A stretch of DNA of 23,688 nt from Sandaracinaceae bacterium. Lineage in GTDB: Bacteria > Myxococcota_A > Polyangia > Polyangiales > Sandaracinaceae. The position numbers and the translations under genes were made by a program. A model generated the notes under the pieces. It was not told the origin of the DNA. It was given only the letters and a program-made list of their open reading frames with translations, and did no database searches. Positions 17,546 through 23,688 of the stretch are shown piece after piece. The DNA lies in NCBI GenBank assembly GCA_044220955.1, contig JBGAQA010000100.1:1-23688 (forward strand). The letters are read 5' to 3'. How positions within the stretch are numbered: the stretch's first letter is position 1; each line of letters opens with the position of its first letter.

Positions 17546-18436
17546 ATGACGTCGATCGTCGAGTCGCTCGCGGCGTTTCCCCGTAAGGACGTGCGCGCGA
17601 ACGGCCTGCGCTTCGCGGTCCACACCGCGGGCGGAGGCGACAAGCTCGCCCTCTGCCTCCACGGCTTCCCGGAAGCCTGGTTCAGCTGGCGCAACCAGAT
17701 GCCCTTGCTCGCGAGGCTCGGCTACCAGGTCTGGGCGCCCGATCTGCGCGGCTACGGCGACACGGAGCGGCCCGGTCGCACGCGCGACTACGCGATCGAC
17801 CGCCTCGTGGACGACGTGGCCGGCCTGATCGACGCGAGCGGCAAGAAGGACGTGACGCTCGTGGCCCACGACTGGGGCGGGCACATCGCCTGGGAGCTGG
17901 CCGCGCAGGGCGCACGCCCCCTCTCGCGCTTGGTGAACATGAACATCCCCCACCCCGCGGTGATGAACCGCGCGATCCGGCGCCCCGGCCGGCAGCTCCT
18001 GCGGAGCTACTACATCTTCCTCTTCCAGCTCCCCTTCGTCGCCGAGCGCTGGCTGAGCAAGGACGATCATGCGGCGATCGCGAAGGCGTTCCGCGGGATG
18101 GCCGTCGACCGAAGTCGCTTCCCCGACGAGCTGCTCGACCTGTACCGCGCGAGCGCTGCGCGGCCGGGCGCGATCCGGGCGATGCTGTCGTACTACCGCG
18201 CGGCGCTGCGCTTCCCGAGCAAGCGCGCGCGAGCGCGGGTCATCGAGACCCCGACGCTGCTGATCTGGGGCGAAGAGGACCAGGCGCTCGGCAAGGAGCT
18301 CGCGGAGGGGACGCGGCAGAAGGTCCGCGACCTGACGCTCGAGTACATCCCGCGGTGCTCGCACTGGGTGCAGCAGGAGCAGCCGGAGCAGGTGAACGCG
18401 ATCCTGGAGCGGTGGCTGACGACGCCCCGGCCTTGA
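17546..18436 (+). CDS. Alpha/beta-fold epoxide hydrolase-family enzyme
   Basis: LHGFPE (HGxP), DLRGYG, Asp nucleophile AHDWGG, lid tyrosines (SYYIFLFQ, LSYYRA), WGEED, SHWVQQEQP. Confidence 0.9.
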   Translation: MTSIVESLAAFPRKDVRANGLRFAVHTAGGGDKLALCLHGFPEAWFSWRNQMPLLARLGYQVWAPDLRGYGDTERPGRTRDYAIDRLVDDVAGLIDASGKKDVTLVAHDWGGHIAWELAAQGARPLSRLVNMNIPHPAVMNRAIRRPGRQLLRSYYIFLFQLPFVAERWLSKDDHAAIAKAFRGMAVDRSRFPDELLDLYRASAARPGAIRAMLSYYRAALRFPSKRARARVIETPTLLIWGEEDQALGKELAEGTRQKVRDLTLEYIPRCSHWVQQEQPEQVNAILERWLTTPRP

Positions 18437-18452
18437 TGGCGCAGAAACGCGG

Positions 18453-18485
18453 ACGGGCGCGGCCGCTCTCGCAGCACGCGCCCGC
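18453..18485 (-). terminator. Hairpin between convergent genes, probable terminator
   Basis: Minus-strand RNA GCGGGCGCG-U-GCUGC-GAGA-GCGGC-CGCGCCCGU with a GNRA loop, followed by only a weak U-tract (CCGCGUUUCU). Confidence 0.5.
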
Positions 18486-18506
18486 TTCGGGGGTCGCTGG
18501 CTGGCC

Positions 18507-18830
18507 TCAGCCGAGGATCTGCTGGAGCTTCGTCGCGAGCATCGCGTTCCCGCTCACCTTGAGCTTGCCGGTGAAGTAGAGCTGCATCGCCGCGCCGGCG
18601 TTCTCGCTGATCGTCTTCCAGTCCTCCGACGCGAGCTCGAGCGTGCAGTCCGCGCCGTCCTCCGCGCCTGGGCGAACCCCCGGGTTGTTCTTGCAGTCGA
18701 TCGTCCAGGTGCCGCCGCCGTCGCCGTTGATCTTGAACACGAAGACCGCACCGATGGCCTTCGCCTTCTCGGGGTCCCCGGAGATCTTGTTGGGAAGGCG
18801 CGTCGTGAAGTCGGTCTGTGCGTCGGCCAT
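18507..18830 (-). CDS. SCP2 sterol/lipid-binding domain protein
   Basis: AVFVFKINGDGGGTWTID...ADCTLEL...AMQLYFTGKLKVSGNAMLATKL; SD GGAGGA upstream. Confidence 0.92.
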   Translation of the reverse strand: MADAQTDFTTRLPNKISGDPEKAKAIGAVFVFKINGDGGGTWTIDCKNNPGVRPGAEDGADCTLELASEDWKTISENAGAAMQLYFTGKLKVSGNAMLATKLQQILG

Positions 18831-18934
18831 GGATCGTCCTCCAGAGAACAGTGAACCGCGATTCAGTGCGGCGGATCTAGCTGCGCGCTCCGCGTGGTGT
18901 CAAGGCGTGATAGCGTCGTGGAGAGGAGAGGCCG

Positions 18935-19216
18935 ATGTCGCTGAAGGACCGTCTGATCGCGCGCGGGATGAAGGTGATGCAGGATCCGCGGGTCGCGAAG
19001 CTGGCCCAGGACGAGCGGGTGATGAAGGTCGCCATGCAGGCCTTCCAGCTACGCGGGAAGGTCCAGGAAGAGATCGACCAGCGTGTCGAGACCGCCGCGA
19101 AGTCGCTGGGCCTCGTGACCAAGGACGAGGTCCGCGAACTGAAGCGCACGATCAAGAAGCTCGAGACCGAGCTGAAGAAGACGCAGGCCGCCACGGACGC
19201 TTTGAAGAAGGCCTGA
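18935..19216 (+). CDS. Small coiled-coil protein, phasin/granule-associated-like C-terminus
   Basis: SD GAGGAG; TGA-TAGCGT extended -10 at 18908-18916; LGLVTKDEVRELKRTIKKLE coiled-coil motif. The CDS is solid, the function tentative. Confidence 0.7.
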   Translation: MSLKDRLIARGMKVMQDPRVAKLAQDERVMKVAMQAFQLRGKVQEEIDQRVETAAKSLGLVTKDEVRELKRTIKKLETELKKTQAATDALKKA

Positions 19217-19241
19217 GGGCCGGACGTCGAAACGTCACTCG

Positions 19242-19895
19242 ATGCGCACGTTCATCCTCGCACTCTCGCTCTTCTTGATCGCGGCGCCCGCCGCCGCGCA
19301 GGAGGACGGCGGCGTGGTCGGGCGCGCGCAGGCGCTCTTCACCCAGGGCGTCGCGGCGTACGACGCCGGCAACCTCGGCGAGGCCGCGCGCCTGCTGGGC
19401 GAGGCCGACCGGCTCGCGCCGAGCCCGGAGCTGGCGTTCAACATCGGACGCGTCTACGAGCGGATGGGAGAGGCGCCGCAGGCGATCCGCTACTTCGAGC
19501 GCTACCTCCACGACGGCCACCCCACCGACGCCGAGCGCGCGGACATCACGGCCCGCATCGAGGCGCTGCGCGCGCTCCAGACGCGTCAGCACGATCAGAT
19601 CATGACGGCGCCGCCCTCGACGGACGACATGACCGCGGAGGCGCGCACGTTCTTCCTGCGCGGCGTCGCGATGTTCCGGCGCCACCGCTACGACGCGGCG
19701 CTGGCCGCGTTCACGGCGGCGTACCGCTTCGCGGCGCTGCCCGAGGTCATCTACAACCTCGCGGTCGCGAGCGAACGCACCGGCCACACGCAGGACGCGA
19801 TCGACTACTACCGCGAGTACCTCCGCGCGCGCCCGACGGATCCGGGGCGCGCAGAGATCGAGCGGCACGTCGAGGAGCTCCGCGCGGGACACTGA
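19242..19895 (+). CDS. Secreted tetratricopeptide-repeat protein with two duplicated TPR modules
   Basis: Sec signal ending APAAA-Q; AQALFTQGVAAYDAG...FNIGRVYERMG...YFERYL mirrored by ARTFFLRGVAMFRRH...YNLAVASERTG...YYREYL. Confidence 0.85.
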   Translation: MRTFILALSLFLIAAPAAAQEDGGVVGRAQALFTQGVAAYDAGNLGEAARLLGEADRLAPSPELAFNIGRVYERMGEAPQAIRYFERYLHDGHPTDAERADITARIEALRALQTRQHDQIMTAPPSTDDMTAEARTFFLRGVAMFRRHRYDAALAAFTAAYRFAALPEVIYNLAVASERTGHTQDAIDYYREYLRARPTDPGRAEIERHVEELRAGH

Positions 19896-19964
19896 AGCAC
19901 CCGTGTCGAGCTGCCCCTCGCTGGCGCGCCCGCCTCCGGTGCCTAGGACGGAGCCGAGGTCGTC

Positions 19965-20498
19965 ATGGAAGGACCGGAACCGAACGGCGTCGTCGCGGTG
20001 CTCGCGACGCGCGAGCAGGTGGACACGGCGCTCGAGTGGCTCACGGCGGAGGGCGTGGAGCGCTCGGCCATCTCCATCCTCGGCCCGGGCACGCACGAGG
20101 ACGTGCCGCCCGAGCTGGACCGCACGTCCGGGCATCGTCGCGAGGTCGCGAGCTACTGGGCCAAGTGGGGCGCGGCGCTCGGCGCCGTCGCGGGCGCGGG
20201 GCCGATCGCCGTCGTGATCGCCGCGATCGCGGTGGGTCCGGTCGCCACGTTGCTCGCGGCTGCGGTCGGCACGGTGGCCGCGACGGCAGGGGTCGGCGCG
20301 CTCGCGTCCGGCCTCGTCGGGCTCGGAATCCACGAGCAGCACGCGCGCGACTACGAGCGCGCCATCGCGGCGGGCAAGTTCGTGGTCGTCGTGCACAGCG
20401 ACGACCCCGCCACGCTCCGCACCGCGCTCGCCGAGATCGGGCGGCTCAACCCCGAGTCGATCGACACCCACGGCATCGCCACCGCCCAGCGGCGCTAA
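19965..20498 (+). CDS. Membrane protein of the general-stress (YflT-like/DUF1269-like) type
   Basis: VVAVLATREQVDTALEWL...ISILG; Gly/Ala-rich hydrophobic hairpin; GLGIHEQHARDYERAIAAGKFVVVVH; SD GAGGT. Confidence 0.75.
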   Translation: MEGPEPNGVVAVLATREQVDTALEWLTAEGVERSAISILGPGTHEDVPPELDRTSGHRREVASYWAKWGAALGAVAGAGPIAVVIAAIAVGPVATLLAAAVGTVAATAGVGALASGLVGLGIHEQHARDYERAIAAGKFVVVVHSDDPATLRTALAEIGRLNPESIDTHGIATAQRR

Positions 20499-20508
20499 AT
20501 GACCGATC

Positions 20509-20832
20509 ACGATTCTGGGACAGAATCGTTGACGGGCAGTTAGCGTCGCGACGGACGTCGCGACGGACAGGTGGGTGAGGCAGGCCGATTCACTCGGACT
20601 GCCGAGGGAGGACGGGGACGTCCTCCCTTCGCGATTCTCCGAATCGCGACCGGCTATCTTAGCCGTCGAGGACGGGGACGGGTGGCCCCGTCTCGCGGCG
20701 TGCGTCCGCGCCCGAGGATGGGAGCGCGGGCCCCGCCCCGATGCTGCCCCAGGTCGGCATACGACACGAACCTACCGGCGAAAACATCGTGTTCTCGACG
20801 GCATCGGCCTTGCGAAGGCGAGATGCCGGAGG
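20509..20832 (+). ncRNA. Candidate structured RNA or cis-regulatory leader of unrecognised family
   Basis: About ten consecutive inverted repeats, direct repeats and GGA enrichment in the largest intergenic region (see findings). No known family recognised; strand inferred from the downstream gene. Confidence 0.4.
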
Positions 20833-20837
20833 CTCTC

Positions 20838-23075
20838 ATGCACGCTCGCCGCCTGGTCCGTGGTCTCTGCCTCGCCGCCTCGTGCCTGACCCTGGCCGCC
20901 TGCGCCTCCCGCCTGGGCGCGCGCCGGCCCGGCCAGGACGGCGTGCTGCCGGTGGACGTGACCCTCTCGACGGCCGAGATCCTCGGCGGCTGGCAGCGCG
21001 ACGGCGAGTACCTGGTCTCCCCGCCGCTCGAGGAGGAAGCCGCCGCCTCGCGCGTCGGCGTGCTCGTGCACCTCGCCGCCGACGGCGGGTTCCCCGCCTT
21101 CGAGGCGCGGCCCACCGAGCAGGGCGAGGCGACGGGCGACTGGGTACCGCTCGGCACGACGTTCAGCGAGGGCGATCACCACGTCGGCATGGCCGAGCTC
21201 GGCACGATCGCGACGGGCGCGCAGCTGCGGATCCCGGTGGACGCGGTCGACAACATCTCGAGCCTGGTCTGGAACGCGACCATCCCCGAGGAGCTCGACG
21301 CCGCCGAGGCGCCGCCCCCCGACGTGACCGCCGAGGCGGCGCCGCTCTCGAGCGATCTGATGGGCCTGGGGATCGTCACGCGCTCGGCGTGGGGCGCCGC
21401 CCCGACGCGCTGCACGAGCCGCGACTCGCGCCACTACCGCATGGCCGTCCACTACACCGACACGCCCTCGGCCAACCCCGACCGCCAGATCCGCAGCATC
21501 CAGCGCTATCACATGGACACCCGCGGCTGGTGCGACATCGGGTACCACTTCCTGGTCGGCATCGACGGACGGATCTTCGAGGGCCGCCCCGTCGAGCTGC
21601 TCGGCGCCCACGTCGGGGGCAACAACAGCGGCAACATCGGCGTGTCGTTCATCGGCTGCTTCCACTCGACGGGCTGCGCGTCCATGGGCCCGACCACGCC
21701 GCCCGACGTGATGCTGGAGGCGGGCGGGCGCCTGCTCGGCACGCTCTCGCGCCTCTACGGCATCTCCCTGGACCGTAGCGCGGTGAAGGGGCATCGCGAC
21801 CACGCGGGCGCGAGCACCGACTGCCCGGGCGACCACCTGTATGCGCGCATCGATCGCCTGCTCTCGATCGGCCACGACCGCACCCTGAGCGACTCGGCGT
21901 CGATGCCGCCGCCGATGGATCCGCCGCCCCCGCCGGCGAGCTGCGGCGGCCTCACCTGCGGCCCCTGCTCGGCCGCAGCTGGCTGCGGCTTCTGCGCGTC
22001 GCAGGGCGCGTGCCTCGACGCGGGCAGCGCATGCACGTGGACGGGCGCCGTGGGCGCGAGCGCCTGCACCGACACGCTCTACCCGTGCTCGACGGGAGCG
22101 TGCTGGAACCCCACCGCCGCCTTCGCTTCCTGCGGCAGCTGGTCCACGAGCGAGGACTTCTCGAGCGGCGCGTACGGCGTGCACCGTTACTGGGCGCACC
22201 TCTATCCAGGCGGCGTCACGACCCTCACGCTCGCGCGCACCGGCGGCACCTTCGCGCCGGCGATCCTCGTGTCGGACCGCAGCGGCCACGTCGCCTATGG
22301 CGGCGAGGTCGCGGCGCTGCACCCGGCGGTACAGGTCGTCTCGGCGCGCTCGGGGCGCGGCGACACCACCGCCTCGGTCTCGCTGCAGGCGAGCAGCGAC
22401 CTCGACGTGTACGTGTACGTGACCGACTGGTCGATCCTCGACCACGGCTTCGCCGGGCGCGTCGCGACGAGCGCGCGCTACACGCTCACGGCCAGCGAGA
22501 GCTGCGGGGGCGCGACGCCGCCGCCCACGACGAGCACCGATCCCTACGCGGGCCTGACGCAGAGCGGCGCCGAGGTGCCGCGCGCAGGCCTCACGAACCC
22601 GACGCTGCGCTCGACGCTCGGGATGTCGACGGAGCCTTACGGTACCGTCGTCGACTACCATGGCCAGAGCTGGGTCTCGGGCCGCGTGAGCTGGTTCGGC
22701 GGGCCGAGCGACACCGGCGTCGGACCGAGCGAGACCGTCGCCATCAGCGGCGAGGTCGCGCGCTCGCTCAACTCGCCGCTGCACCCCGACGCGGCGACGC
22801 TCGCGGCGCACCCGGAGCGCTACTACTACGTCGCGATGCGCTTCTCGTACTCGCCCATGGGCACGAGCTTCTGGCGCAGCGCGCGGCTGATCATCGCCAA
22901 CCCGCGCACGGGCGTGCGCGTGGTCGTCCGCCCGGCGGACTGGGGCCCGAACACGAGCACCGGGCGGGTCATGGATCTCTCCCCGCAGGTGATCGCGGAC
23001 CTCGGGCTCACGACCGACGACACGGCCATCGTGGCGTTCGCACAGCCCGGAACGGCGCTGGGCGTCGTGCGCTGA
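20838..23075 (+). CDS. Lipoprotein peptidoglycan hydrolase: PGRP/Amidase_2 + Cys-rich PSI-like + beta-sandwich + RlpA-like DPBB, 745 aa
   Basis: SD GGAGG at 20828-20832; lipobox LAAC; IVTRSAWGA, AVHYT, IQRYHMDTRGWCDIGYHF, GAHVGGNN, GHRD, TDCPG; CGPC...CGFCASQGAC; VSWFGG...VVVRPADWGP...RVMDLS. Confidence 0.88.
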   Translation: MHARRLVRGLCLAASCLTLAACASRLGARRPGQDGVLPVDVTLSTAEILGGWQRDGEYLVSPPLEEEAAASRVGVLVHLAADGGFPAFEARPTEQGEATGDWVPLGTTFSEGDHHVGMAELGTIATGAQLRIPVDAVDNISSLVWNATIPEELDAAEAPPPDVTAEAAPLSSDLMGLGIVTRSAWGAAPTRCTSRDSRHYRMAVHYTDTPSANPDRQIRSIQRYHMDTRGWCDIGYHFLVGIDGRIFEGRPVELLGAHVGGNNSGNIGVSFIGCFHSTGCASMGPTTPPDVMLEAGGRLLGTLSRLYGISLDRSAVKGHRDHAGASTDCPGDHLYARIDRLLSIGHDRTLSDSASMPPPMDPPPPPASCGGLTCGPCSAAAGCGFCASQGACLDAGSACTWTGAVGASACTDTLYPCSTGACWNPTAAFASCGSWSTSEDFSSGAYGVHRYWAHLYPGGVTTLTLARTGGTFAPAILVSDRSGHVAYGGEVAALHPAVQVVSARSGRGDTTASVSLQASSDLDVYVYVTDWSILDHGFAGRVATSARYTLTASESCGGATPPPTTSTDPYAGLTQSGAEVPRAGLTNPTLRSTLGMSTEPYGTVVDYHGQSWVSGRVSWFGGPSDTGVGPSETVAISGEVARSLNSPLHPDAATLAAHPERYYYVAMRFSYSPMGTSFWRSARLIIANPRTGVRVVVRPADWGPNTSTGRVMDLSPQVIADLGLTTDDTAIVAFAQPGTALGVVR

Positions 23076-23076
23076 G

Positions 23077-23109
23077 CGCGCGGCCGGCACTCGCGGCGGG
23101 GGCCGCGCG
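23077..23109 (+). terminator. GC-rich hairpin after the amidase stop, possible terminator
   Basis: CGCGCGGCC (23077-23085) pairs with GGCCGCGCG (23101-23109); no U-tract. Confidence 0.35.
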
Positions 23110-23133
23110 AGGCATGGATCGCCTCCGATCGCG

Positions 23134-23139
23134 TATGTT
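23134..23139 (+). promoter_or_regulatory. Putative -10 TATGTT (leaderless start)
   Basis: TATGTT, 6 nt, then GTG 23146; no SD. Confidence 0.5.
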
Positions 23140-23145
23140 CGGCGC

Positions 23146-23685
23146 GTGACCCGACTCGCCATGCTCCCCGCCGCGCTCGCCCTCGCCGCGTGCGGCGGCG
23201 CACCCACGCCGTCTCCCGCCCCCCCGTCCGCGCCCGAGCCCGCGTGGCTCGCCGCGGTCCGCGAGGCGCAGCACCGGGCCGAGACCGGCGCGCTCACCTA
23301 CGAGCACGTCGAGGGCCTCACCGACGCGGCGGGGCCGCGCCTCGCGGGCTCGCCTGGCGATCCGCTCGCCGTCGCGTGGGGCATCGCGCGCATGCAGGAG
23401 ATCGGCCTCGCGAACGTGCACGCGGAGCCCGTCACGGTGCACGTGTGGGAGCGGGGCGAGGAGCGCGTGGACGTGATCTCGCCCGTGCCGCAGCGGCTCG
23501 CCGCCGCCGCGCTCGGCGGCTCCGTCGGCACGCCCGAGGGAGGCATCGAGGCGGACGTCGTGCGGGTGGAGTCGCTGGACGCGCTGCGCACGCTGCCGGA
23601 GGAGCAGGCCCGCGAGGTGCTCGAGCTCATCGACAAGCTCGAGCAGGACGACGACGTGCAGAAGGTCTTCCACACGCTCGTCTGA
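23146..23685 (+). CDS. M28 (carboxypeptidase Q-like) lipoprotein N-terminus fused to a YebC/PmpR-like C-terminal tail; truncated or chimeric
   Basis: Lipobox LAAC; LTDAAGPRLAGSPG...AVAW...GLANVHAEPVTVHVWERGEE...LGGSVGTPEGGIEADVV is typical of CPQ-like M28 peptidases. The catalytic part is absent, and the last ~25 aa (EVLELIDKLEQDDDVQKVFHTL) match the YebC C-terminal motif. Confidence 0.75.
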   Translation: MTRLAMLPAALALAACGGAPTPSPAPPSAPEPAWLAAVREAQHRAETGALTYEHVEGLTDAAGPRLAGSPGDPLAVAWGIARMQEIGLANVHAEPVTVHVWERGEERVDVISPVPQRLAAAALGGSVGTPEGGIEADVVRVESLDALRTLPEEQAREVLELIDKLEQDDDVQKVFHTLV

Positions 23686-23688
23686 AGT

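Noticed and set aside
20499..20837. Known RNA families (ydaO/c-di-AMP, c-di-GMP-I, SRP, tRNA, hammerhead, HDV-like ribozyme)
   Set aside because: Consensus elements could not be placed in order on either strand. A 7-bp HDV P1-like pairing (GCGGCGU/AUGCUGC) lacks the following GG and a proper L3.
20571..20837. Upstream starts for the amidase (GTG 20571, ATG 20823)
   Set aside because: ATG 20838 has a GGAGG SD at 5-nt spacing and gives a normal lipoprotein signal; the extension looks non-coding.

Overview
Very GC-rich chromosomal DNA whose gene content points to Myxococcota, probably Polyangiales/Sandaracinaceae-like (inference from the Ser/Thr kinase-PEGA protein, AgmX/PglI-type domain, exported TPR protein and Cys-rich lipoproteins). 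I support 16 CDS. Left to right: a partial TPR-like gene missed by the ORF track, a membrane Ser/Thr kinase, a family-B DNA polymerase with a beta-clamp motif, an EthA-like Baeyer-Villiger monooxygenase, a PEGA/AgmX lipoprotein, a translationally coupled HEAT-repeat/TamA/TamB operon, an epoxide hydrolase, an SCP2 protein, a phasin-like coiled-coil protein, a TPR protein, a membrane stress protein, a multidomain amidase + RlpA-like lipoprotein, and an M28 peptidase whose end switches into a YebC-like C-terminus (likely assembly chimera). The most unusual non-coding element is the ~340-nt spacer at 20499-20837. It is packed with back-to-back hairpins, GGA(C) repeats and mutually exclusive pairings at the amidase RBS, making it a candidate undescribed structured RNA or cis-regulator. 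Also notable are a recurring leaderless-promoter pattern, CTCGCY hexamer microsatellites and a palindromic operator over the monooxygenase -10. No rRNA, tRNA, CRISPR or mobile element was recognised. All family calls come from motif recognition by eye, not database searches.
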